59,627 nucleotides of DNA from a virus (lineage: Duplodnaviria > Caudoviricetes): IMG/VR virus record IMGVR_UViG_3300011116_000422, positions 1 to 59,627 of that record; one strand, written 5' to 3'. Made by a program: the position numbers and the translations under genes. The notes beneath the pieces are model-generated. The model ran no database searches. It was not told the DNA's origin and worked only from the letters and a program-made list of their open reading frames with translations. This document shows, one piece after another, positions 9,065-16,606 of the stretch (position 1 is the first letter of the stretch; every line of letters begins with the position of its first letter).

Positions 9065-9530
9065 CCACGTCTCCCATCAATGCCGCAATCTTTGCTTCCA
9101 ATGCGTTGACCGTAACAACCTTAATTGCTCCGCCATCTTCGCCGGATATCTCTGCGCTTAATCTGCGTCCGTATTGCTGAGGGGCTGTTCTTTCCAACCA
9201 CCAAGCCGCCGCTTGCCAAGTTCCGTTCTTCGCCGCATTCTGGATAATTGCAACGTTTCGAACCTTTGCTTCAGCGCGAGCGCTTTTTATAGCCTCCCAT
9301 AATTCTAAATAAGGCCGTTCATGTTTGTTCGGTTTGGCTCCAGATGCAATCGTTTCTGATTCTTGTAGTCCTCTATCGAGCCATCGATAAACAGTTGATA
9401 CGCCTATTCCGGCAAAGTCACACGCGTCTTCTACGAAGTTTCCCGCTTGCAATGCCGATAGCAGTTGCTTAACCCGAGGGTCGTCAATGCCTACGACTTT
9501 GCGTCCTCGTTTACGGGGTTCGTTTGCCAT
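9021..9530 (-). CDS. terS: Terminase small subunit (HTH)
   Basis: AGIGVSTVYRW HTH, WQAAAWWLER motif, directly upstream of terL. Confidence 0.85.
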   Translation of the reverse strand: MANEPRKRGRKVVGIDDPRVKQLLSALQAGNFVEDACDFAGIGVSTVYRWLDRGLQESETIASGAKPNKHERPYLELWEAIKSARAEAKVRNVAIIQNAAKNGTWQAAAWWLERTAPQQYGRRLSAEISGEDGGAIKVVTVNALEAKIAALMGDVDESIDSEVPDTASA

Positions 9531-9569
9531 GTGATAAATCTACTCCGGTTATGAAAGAATAACGGTGAT

Positions 9570-9944
9570 TTAGTCTCTTTTTGAGGGAGAAAAGTCACCA
9601 TTCATGTCAATACTGCGCGATTTTGACGCAATAGATGTCTTAATTAACTTACTTTTCTCAATTACCTTTACCTCTACCCAATTGCAATCAAGTGCATCAA
9701 ATAAATCGTTTACCAAGAGTGGAGCAATCTCCTCTGCGTGAATTCCTTCTTCGCCAAAGTTGAGAAGATAGTTACTGAGTGAATCACCATCGACGCAAAT
9801 CAAATCAGGTGAGTATTCAATAACCACGGTGTAGTTAACAATCGCCCCATCATTTGGGTTTCTTGTCATCATGTCTTCTGTTTCAAATTTAATGTGGTCT
9901 AAGAATTTCGGTGCAGGGAAGTATTTCAATTGCTCTGTTGCCAT
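9570..9944 (-). CDS. QueF-like T-fold protein, catalytically degenerate
   Basis: IEYSPD..VD..SL..YL..F...GIH.EE....L.DL..AL aligns by eye with QueF; catalytic Cys and Asp absent. Confidence 0.6.
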   Translation of the reverse strand: MATEQLKYFPAPKFLDHIKFETEDMMTRNPNDGAIVNYTVVIEYSPDLICVDGDSLSNYLLNFGEEGIHAEEIAPLLVNDLFDALDCNWVEVKVIEKSKLIKTSIASKSRSIDMNGDFSPSKRD

Positions 9945-9953
9945 GCTGTCTCC

Positions 9954-10637
9954 TTAGTAGATTCCGGCTTTATTCATTAAGTGTGCAATAAGGGCTCCGG
10001 CTTGCGCTTGGCGCTCTTGAGGTAAATCTGCGCGAAGTGTCGCCATGTAAGTTTTCCACCGGGCTTCGTCTTCTTCGTTTAATACGGCGATAACTTTAAA
10101 TCCTTCAGGGGCTTCTTGCTCGCTTTCATCCATGCTCTTATTCATTTCATCAAGAGCATCTCCGCCCATGTTCATAAGTTCTTCAAGTTGGCTTTGTGTG
10201 TAAGGAAGGCCAGTAAGTAAATCATCCCCGAGATTAGTTGCAAGGTCCTGAAGTAACTTTGTAAGTTCTCCAAGGTCTGCCCGGCCTCTGGTCTCATTCA
10301 TAATGATGGTGAGTTTTTTAGCCTGCGTCTCATCGACCGTGAGCACAATCGCCGGGATAGTCAAACTCTCAACTAGAGATGGAATGTTGCCTTTGCCTGC
10401 AATGCCATCTTCAGCAATCTTTCGCAGGGCTTTCCAACGGTGTTCGCCATCAATGATTTCGTATCGCATCCCGAGTTTGCGAACAAGAATTGGCGCGATA
10501 AATCCATTATCAGCAATCGATTCAACTTCGGCTTCAAACTGACGTTCGTTCTGTCTGTTCGGATTCCACGGATTAGGAACTACCTTGTCCAGCGCTACAT
10601 GCTGAATTGATAATTCGATTTCTTGGGGCTTTGCCAT
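9954..10637 (-). CDS. ParB/Srx N-terminal domain protein
   Basis: PNPWNPN, GFIAPILVR, EIIDGEHRWKA. Confidence 0.88.
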   Translation of the reverse strand: MAKPQEIELSIQHVALDKVVPNPWNPNRQNERQFEAEVESIADNGFIAPILVRKLGMRYEIIDGEHRWKALRKIAEDGIAGKGNIPSLVESLTIPAIVLTVDETQAKKLTIIMNETRGRADLGELTKLLQDLATNLGDDLLTGLPYTQSQLEELMNMGGDALDEMNKSMDESEQEAPEGFKVIAVLNEEDEARWKTYMATLRADLPQERQAQAGALIAHLMNKAGIY

Positions 10638-10647
10638 GCTTTTCCTC

Positions 10648-11817
10648 TCAGTTCGGCATTTCAGATATCGGAAGACATAGCAAATTCGCTATATGTTCAA
10701 TTTCTTTACCATGCGGTAGTTTTTCAATCCAATCAAGCAATACCTCTGCTTCGACCGGAACAACATATTGTCCCACTTTTAATCGCGTTTTTTTCTCGGC
10801 TCTTGCTCTTGGTGTTAATCCCGAGAAAAGGTCATTCATTTCTTCATAATCCCAAGCCGTTCCAATAAGGTCGGGAACTGAGATAAGAACGCTTTTAAGA
10901 AGTGCCTCGTCATACGTCGCCAAATCGGTAGTCCGGTTATCAATAAGAACAATGCGAGTTCCAGTTTCTTCATCTACATCCACCCAACTGACTGCAATCT
11001 TTGTCCAGCCCAATGCTTTAGCCGCCATCCATGTGTGATTTCCAACAAGGATTTGACGAGTTCTACGGTTAACAATAATCGGGCGATACTGGCCCAATGT
11101 TGAAAGACTTTCGCAAATAGCACCAACGTCGCCTTCTCGAGCATTTAAGTAAAACGGTTCAATGCTATCAATTGGCAATTCTTGAGTTTCGAGAATAGCA
11201 ATCTCTGCCTCAGTTGAGAATTTAAGTTTCCGAGTCTTTGCCTTTGTGGTTAGTTCAATGCCTAAGCGGCTTCCTATCTGCCGGGCCACCTTGGTCTTTT
11301 GTCCCCCGCATTCCTTCAAGATATCTTCGTGCCAGACTTCCCATGCCAAGTGGTCAACTTTGTATCTGTGCATCCCGCAGATAACTTTCTTTCGGGGTTT
11401 AGTTTCTTTTGGCGCGGGTTTAGTAAAACTTAATTCCTTATCAAGCATTCTAGGAATTGCGTCATATCCTGTTGCAACTAAATCCGGTAGCGAGCGCAAA
11501 AGGTCTGTCAGCATGTCATTTTGATAACTGCCTAAATCGGCTGTGCGGTTATCGGCTAAAACAACTTTCTTGCAATAGGTCTCATCACCATCAACCCAAC
11601 TTACAGCGATAGTTTCCCAACCTAAATCTTTAGCGGCTTGCCATACATGATGCCCGGCTAAGACTCTACGAGTTTCCCTGTGAACAACAATTGGCCTGTA
11701 TTGACCTAATCGCCTGAGAGATTCTTTTATTGTTCCTAAATCGCCAATTCTTGGATTATTAGGAAACGGCACAAGGGAAGCGACATCTACTGTTTCACCT
11801 TGCAACTTTATTTTCAT
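10648..11817 (-). CDS. Protein with two tandem ParB/Srx-like domains
   Basis: Two copies of N[PA]R.GD...I.ESL..LGQYRPI.V...LxG[HN]H.W.AAK.LGW..IAVSWVD...DNRT. Confidence 0.88.
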   Translation of the reverse strand: MKIKLQGETVDVASLVPFPNNPRIGDLGTIKESLRRLGQYRPIVVHRETRRVLAGHHVWQAAKDLGWETIAVSWVDGDETYCKKVVLADNRTADLGSYQNDMLTDLLRSLPDLVATGYDAIPRMLDKELSFTKPAPKETKPRKKVICGMHRYKVDHLAWEVWHEDILKECGGQKTKVARQIGSRLGIELTTKAKTRKLKFSTEAEIAILETQELPIDSIEPFYLNAREGDVGAICESLSTLGQYRPIIVNRRTRQILVGNHTWMAAKALGWTKIAVSWVDVDEETGTRIVLIDNRTTDLATYDEALLKSVLISVPDLIGTAWDYEEMNDLFSGLTPRARAEKKTRLKVGQYVVPVEAEVLLDWIEKLPHGKEIEHIANLLCLPISEMPN

Positions 11818-12155
11818 TCTTCCGTAGGTTTAGCCTTTTTGGCTTTTTTCTTTTGAATGCGCTGAATTCTTTCTTCAAGGATTGTTATGCGTTCTTCAGG
11901 AGTTTTGCTTGTTTTTTCTTTTGGAGGCATAAGGATTTTGTAAACGCTTTGGTCGGTTGTTCCCATGGCAATACCAATTTGCTTATAAGTAATTTTGTTT
12001 TTTCCGGTGCCATAGTTATCACGAAGTTCCTCAACAATTAACTTTCTTTGTTGAGCCAATTCTGAAATAGCCCTCTGGTGTTCTCTCATTTTCTGAGTTA
12101 GAACCCCTACTTGAAATAATCCGTCATCTCCTGATTTTAATATCGTGCTACTCAT
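11814..12155 (-). CDS. HTH DNA-binding protein
   Basis: TYKQIGIAMGTTDQSVYKIL. Confidence 0.75.
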   Translation of the reverse strand: MSSTILKSGDDGLFQVGVLTQKMREHQRAISELAQQRKLIVEELRDNYGTGKNKITYKQIGIAMGTTDQSVYKILMPPKEKTSKTPEERITILEERIQRIQKKKAKKAKPTEE

Positions 12156-12603
12156 TTTTGCCTCTCATTAACATAACCCCCTGAAGGTAGAGAACCATAG
12201 CATTTTTCCCGCGCTGTGGTCTAAGGAACGTAATTGCTTTTAAAAATTCGGGTGAATCGTCTTCAAGAATCTTAGCGTCAACTATTCCATCGATAGCCGC
12301 TTTAGCCGCCGGATTACATGCCGCTACATCTTGAAACACGCCCCCTTTCTGCCATGGTTCGATTGTCACTGTCGCCCATTTCAATTGCGGAATCTTTTGT
12401 GCTTTTGCTAAATAGAAAAATGCTTCTCGCCACTCTTTCACATTTGTTGCCCTTTGCCAACGATTGCCAGCGCGTTCGGAGTTTGTTGTCCACGGGCGAG
12501 CGCCATATTCAATTCGATAAGAAACTAAACTTCCGCATCCATCTAAACATGATTCATTTGAAAACGCGCCACAAGTTGTGCAAGGCTCAATCCTCAATTC
12601 CAT
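12148..12603 (-). CDS. rusA: RusA-like Holliday junction resolvase
   Basis: QDVAAC.PAAKAAIDGIVDAKILEDD. Confidence 0.75.
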   Translation of the reverse strand: MELRIEPCTTCGAFSNESCLDGCGSLVSYRIEYGARPWTTNSERAGNRWQRATNVKEWREAFFYLAKAQKIPQLKWATVTIEPWQKGGVFQDVAACNPAAKAAIDGIVDAKILEDDSPEFLKAITFLRPQRGKNAMVLYLQGVMLMRGKNE

Positions 12604-13048
12604 ACCATCCATCATTTGATAAGAAAACAAATTTTTTGATTGCGGGCATTCCGGGCAGGTCGATACTTATTTCAACAGGAGTTTCTGCAACATCGTGGTC
12701 TCGTAAAACTATCCAGCCTTTTTCATAAGCCTCTTGTCGATTAGATTCAATGTATCCATGACATCCAGTTGTTCCGGAGCCGCAAAGCGCTAAAAGGTTT
12801 GAAGCCAAATTTAAATCTTCTCGGTCGGTGCCACCCATGCCTCTCGGGATTCGGTGGTGAATTGAATAAAACTGATTCTCCCCGAGTTTGTTTCCGCAGA
12901 TTTCGCATCTGTATCCGGAGCGTTCTAACACCATCTGACGAACCGCTTTAGAAGGACCCGTAGAACGCTTTGCAGGCGATTTGCGGGGTTTTGGCTTGGA
13001 GGTCTTACTTCGGTCTGGGAATTCTGATTTAGGGCCTTTTAGGCTCAT
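12587..13048 (-). CDS. HNH endonuclease
   Basis: CEICG...HHR.PRGMGG...SNLLALCGSGTTGCHG. Confidence 0.9.
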   Translation of the reverse strand: MSLKGPKSEFPDRSKTSKPKPRKSPAKRSTGPSKAVRQMVLERSGYRCEICGNKLGENQFYSIHHRIPRGMGGTDREDLNLASNLLALCGSGTTGCHGYIESNRQEAYEKGWIVLRDHDVAETPVEISIDLPGMPAIKKFVFLSNDGWYGIED

Positions 13049-13074
13049 CTTTGCCTCCTTGAGATTTAGTGGTT

Positions 13075-13460
13075 GGAGTTTACTTTACCCGGGGGTGATT
13101 TCCTTGAACCCGAGGGAGTGAGTAGAGATAGCCTTAGTGGATATCCCTGACTTCCCATCACCTTTCGGTCGGTCATCTTCGATAGGTCTTACCCACTACA
13201 AGTAAGACGATTGCGCTAAGTGTATGTTTTCTTTGAACTATATCTAGGCAACCCGTTTTAGATATAAAAAACATACTCGCGGTTTATGGTCTCACCGCTA
13301 CCCTCTACTCTCATCAATGCAAAGCAATACTCACCCATTTAACGGGGTAACGCGTTGATTAAACGCGCTGGAAGTTTAACGCCTGTCCATCGGCTCATCA
13401 TCTACTCAACGGACACAAACAAACGCGACCCGCTAAACCATTCTTAGCGGGTCGCGAACG
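13075..13460. ncRNA. Candidate large structured RNA or replication origin
   Basis: About 400 bp with no ORF in the track and multiple nested inverted repeats. Confidence 0.45.
13424..13456 (-). terminator. Intrinsic terminator-like hairpin after ERF
   Basis: CGCGACCCGCTAA-N7-TTAGCGGGTCGCG (13-bp stem) followed by TTTGTTTG on the minus strand. Confidence 0.7.
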
Positions 13461-13473
13461 TTACAGCATATTT

Positions 13474-14115
13474 TTAATTTGGGGAAGCAGGCGCCACCTT
13501 TGGTGTCTGGAGTTCCCGTAAACGAGCCGTATAAACAACGGCTAGTTCTTTTTTAAGGGCGTCGTTAACTTCGTATTTATTAACTTCTTGGCGAATCACC
13601 TCAAGAACGTCACCATCAACTGCATCTTGAAGTCGGATTTTCCAACCTTCGATTTGGTCAATGCCTGCGTTTGGCTTTGCTTCAGAACGTTCATACGAAT
13701 ATGAATCCGGGTCGGGTTCATCTGTTGGGAGTGCGAGCGCTTGCAAGAGTGCGATTCGAAATGCGACTGACATCGCTTTTGCAACTGCCTTGTCTCCGGA
13801 GTCCATCGCTTCACCGAGAACAATACATTCCAATGTATCTCCGGCTTGACCAATGAACGTATATTTAACAGTTAGAAGAACATGCGCCATGAGTGTTCGG
13901 CGTTGCCCCACTTCAACTGTTGCATATTCGTGATTCATAACTGTTGGAATAACTACAACACCATGCTCACGCAATGCGGGTGCTACTGCATTTAATACAG
14001 CGTCAATTCCGCGGAAGTTAAAATTTTGCGCTGTGTTTCTATCGCTCTTTTTAACTGATGAAACACTAGCCATGACTTTAGCGAGCGCTTCTTGAATAGG
14101 AACAGGATTACTCAT
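13474..14115 (-). CDS. erf: ERF-family ssDNA annealing protein
   Basis: FNFRGIDAVLNAV.PAL, GEAMDSGDKA..KAMS.AFR, DPD. Confidence 0.92.
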   Translation of the reverse strand: MSNPVPIQEALAKVMASVSSVKKSDRNTAQNFNFRGIDAVLNAVAPALREHGVVVIPTVMNHEYATVEVGQRRTLMAHVLLTVKYTFIGQAGDTLECIVLGEAMDSGDKAVAKAMSVAFRIALLQALALPTDEPDPDSYSYERSEAKPNAGIDQIEGWKIRLQDAVDGDVLEVIRQEVNKYEVNDALKKELAVVYTARLRELQTPKVAPASPN

Positions 14116-14611
14116 GTGGGGCCTCAATCTCTGCTGGGTCTCCGTCAATTAATTCAGCAGGATTAATCTTTCCTGTTCTAAATGCTTCAGCGATTGCTTC
14201 GCGTCCGCCAGTTGCAAATCGTGTTGAAACATACGATTCACGGCTTTTAAATGCAATGAAGTTAAGCACTTCACCAGTTGGTGTGTAGATTGTTTTACCA
14301 TCAACGCTTACGCAGTTTTCAAGAAAATGTTTCTTGTAACTATCGCGCACTGATTTAACTATTTCGGTAGGCATTATGTTTTCAACGAACTCAATGAACG
14401 CTGTTTCGTGCATTACCGCGGCACTTGCTTTTGGACTAACAAGAGAAACTTTTGCTATATCCGTATCGTCGAGCGAGGCTTTCGCGGCGTCTGCACCAAC
14501 AGCATTTAACTGTTCTGCAAATTGGTCACGAAGTCTGTCTTTCGCATCTTTTGCGGCGTCTGCTACAACTGTTATAGCGGCTAGTCGCAAAGCGGTTTCG
14601 CGTAGATTCAT
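14108..14611 (-). CDS. Hypothetical protein next to ERF
   Basis: AACCACGAAAGGAG leader before MNLRET. Confidence 0.8.
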   Translation of the reverse strand: MNLRETALRLAAITVVADAAKDAKDRLRDQFAEQLNAVGADAAKASLDDTDIAKVSLVSPKASAAVMHETAFIEFVENIMPTEIVKSVRDSYKKHFLENCVSVDGKTIYTPTGEVLNFIAFKSRESYVSTRFATGGREAIAEAFRTGKINPAELIDGDPAEIEAPHE

Positions 14612-14657
14612 TTGTTTGTCTCCTTTCGTGGTTGTTGGAGTGTCTTTCGACTTGGTG

Positions 14658-14686
14658 AGCATAACCTGCGTTTAGTCAGAATGCAA
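14658..14686 (-). promoter_or_regulatory. Promoter for the recombination operon, with degenerate operator
   Basis: TTGCAT-N17-TATGCT containing TAAACGCAGGTTA. Confidence 0.65.
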
Positions 14687-14698
14687 GTCTTCTCCCAA

Positions 14699-14727
14699 TT
14701 GAATTTACACAAGGGGTCTGACATAAT
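14699..14727 (+). promoter_or_regulatory. Divergent promoter for the candidate sRNA
   Basis: TTGAAT-N17-CATAAT. Confidence 0.55.
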
Positions 14728-14732
14728 TGCGC

Positions 14733-14808
14733 TCGCAACTTCGTGGTAGGGATTAAATTCCCGGTTGTGAAGAAGGCCCCAACCGTGAGGTGAGGGCCTT
14801 TTTCTTTT
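14733..14808 (+). ncRNA. Candidate antisense sRNA
   Basis: Promoter; stem TCGCAAC/GTTGTGA with bulged TTCGTGGTA; terminator AAGGCCC/GGGCCTT plus U-tract. Confidence 0.6.
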
Positions 14809-14831
14809 AGGTTACTAAAGGTTACTTTTGG

Positions 14832-14963
14832 TTAACTTATGTCGCAAGGCGCACCGTCACAACAACTGTTTTTCATTTTGCAATGTGGACACAACCATCG
14901 TGTTGAGATTGGGTCGTAAGGTTCTTGACAAAAATCGCATAACATTTTGTTATTAGCATTCAT
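14832..14963 (-). CDS. 43-aa Cys-rich Zn-finger protein
   Basis: MNANNKMLCDFCQEPYDPISTRWLCPHCKMKNSCCDGAPCDIS, read by hand. Confidence 0.65.
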   Translation of the reverse strand: MNANNKMLCDFCQEPYDPISTRWLCPHCKMKNSCCDGAPCDIS

Positions 14964-15016
14964 AGTTACAGCGGGTTCCTAGTTTAAATGAATATGGAAA
15001 TGAGATAATAAAAATA

Positions 15017-15060
15017 GAAGCAGGCTTCTTTACTTGGGGTAGAAGCCTGCTTCCTTTTCT
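15017..15060. terminator. Bidirectional terminator after the endolysin
   Basis: GAAGCAGGCTTCT-N11-AGAAGCCTGCTTC flanked by A and T tracts. Confidence 0.75.
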
Positions 15061-15067
15061 TACAATA

Positions 15068-15537
15068 CTACTTTGGGCGACCGACCGCCATGATTGTCTT
15101 ATAGTCGCGTTTCTTCAAATAGTAACCATCGCCGTTTGATTGGCTCCCGGCTTACCGCTTGAAGTGTTTCCCTCGTAAACGTATAGGACCTTGAGGACCG
15201 TATTGTGGCCCTTGACGATTCCAACGTGGTCTGCCTGAGCATCCTCATCAAACTGGAAGAAAACTACATCTCCGGCTTTTGCCTGTCCGATTGGGACGGT
15301 CTGATTGTTCTTGGTCAAATACTTCAACCAAGCGTCACATGAGGCAAAACCCTTTTTTGTGTTTGCTACTGATTCAATCGCGCCCGCATCGAAATACATC
15401 TTTGAGGCCGACATCGCGCACCATGGCTGATTGTTCATTCCAAACCACTTACCAAAAGTGGTGTCGTTATTTGGACCCTCTGTGTAATTTAAAGATGCCT
15501 CGCATAGAGCGAGCAACTTCTTGACATCTAACGTCAT
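15068..15537 (-). CDS. CHAP-domain endolysin, frameshifted near the C-terminus
   Basis: QPWCA, GDVVFF, DHVGIV, EGNTS; the expected tail GSQSNGDGYYLKKRDYKTIMAVGRPK lies in another frame. Confidence 0.85.
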
Positions 15538-15539
15538 TT

Positions 15540-15785
15540 TTACTCCTTTGGTTTTCTTTTATCAACCTTTGCAAACGCATCGTTGATTTCCTTTTGGCTT
15601 AATTTACCATCATCAAGGAAGGCTCGCGATAAAGCCTCAACGACTGTTGATACACCTAGGAGACCAGCCATCAACATTGAGGAAAGGACATCCATGCCAA
15701 ATACTGAACCTGCTCCGATTACTGGAAGGGCGCTGGCGGCAAAAACTGCCACAATTCTCATAAATACGTTTAAAATGCTATTCAT
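15540..15785 (-). CDS. Holin-like membrane protein
   Basis: Two TM segments and DDGKLSQKEIN; adjacent to the endolysin. Confidence 0.65.
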   Translation of the reverse strand: MNSILNVFMRIVAVFAASALPVIGAGSVFGMDVLSSMLMAGLLGVSTVVEALSRAFLDDGKLSQKEINDAFAKVDKRKPKE

Positions 15786-16186
15786 ATAAGTAAGCCTCTC
15801 TTTTTCTTTAATTCGTTAAAATCTTTTTTCTTTGTTCCGCCGTCGTAGGTCCATGCGTATCCGGCCTTAATCATTTGCTCATTAAAAGATTCTGTTTGCC
15901 CATTGATATAAAGCCATCCAAGAATGCGTCCATACTTCTCGGTGCTATCTGGCTTCTCTGTATGAATGACAATATCTGTCACGCCTTCAAGAGAATGCTT
16001 AAGAAACTCTTTAACTTCTAACCCAAGCGTTTTTTCAACAAGGTCAGTAGTGCGGCTTTCTGGAGTATCTATTCCGGCAAGACGAACTCGTTGTGTATAA
16101 GAAACGTTAAAGCCCAAATCAATGTCAACATCAATTGTGTCACCATCGACAACTTTAAGAACTTTCTTTATTCGATATTGATACAT
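15782..16186 (-). CDS. Thermonuclease (SNase-like)
   Basis: VVDGDTID, RVRLAGIDTPE, EKYGRILG, GYAW.YDGG. Confidence 0.92.
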   Translation of the reverse strand: MYQYRIKKVLKVVDGDTIDVDIDLGFNVSYTQRVRLAGIDTPESRTTDLVEKTLGLEVKEFLKHSLEGVTDIVIHTEKPDSTEKYGRILGWLYINGQTESFNEQMIKAGYAWTYDGGTKKKDFNELKKKRGLLI

Positions 16187-16437
16187 GAGCATTCTTTTTC
16201 TGTTCCTTTGGCACCAAAGTAACCACCAATGATTCCAATGAGACCACCAAGGGCAGTCTGCACAAGTGTCATAACTTCGCTAGATACTTCAACGGCTTCG
16301 CCTGTTATTTTTGTTTCTTCGTATGCGGTGTAATAATCACCAACAATGGCAAGAACAACAGCAAAGCCAACAAACATGGCAAGCATCAAAATTACCTTGT
16401 CGCGAGCAATGATTTCTTTTCTAGGCGCTTTATTCAT
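16168..16437 (-). CDS. Two-TM membrane protein
   Basis: Hydrophobic helices; GGLIGIIGGYFG. Confidence 0.7.
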   Translation of the reverse strand: MNKAPRKEIIARDKVILMLAMFVGFAVVLAIVGDYYTAYEETKITGEAVEVSSEVMTLVQTALGGLIGIIGGYFGAKGTEKECSCINIE

Positions 16438-16606
16438 CTTCATTTTTTTCCCGGCGAACTGGATAAGTAATAATCCATACCGCTACCGCAAACATAATTG
16501 CGTATCCCACAATGCCTTTTGCTGTTCCATCAAGAACAATCCAAGCAATGAACATTCCAAGCAGGGTAAATAACTGACCTATCAAATCAACAAAAAATGC
16601 TCTCAT
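16430..16606 (-). CDS. 58-aa two-TM membrane protein (MRAFFVDLIGQLFTLLGMFIAWIVL...)
   Basis: Read by hand; ATGA overlap, AGGAG RBS. Confidence 0.75.
   Translation of the reverse strand: MRAFFVDLIGQLFTLLGMFIAWIVLDGTAKGIVGYAIMFAVAVWIITYPVRREKNEDE

Noticed and set aside
12587-13460. HEARO/IscB (OMEGA) system
   Set aside because: The HNH is 153 aa with no RuvC or PLMP motifs; only adjacency to a structured region supports it
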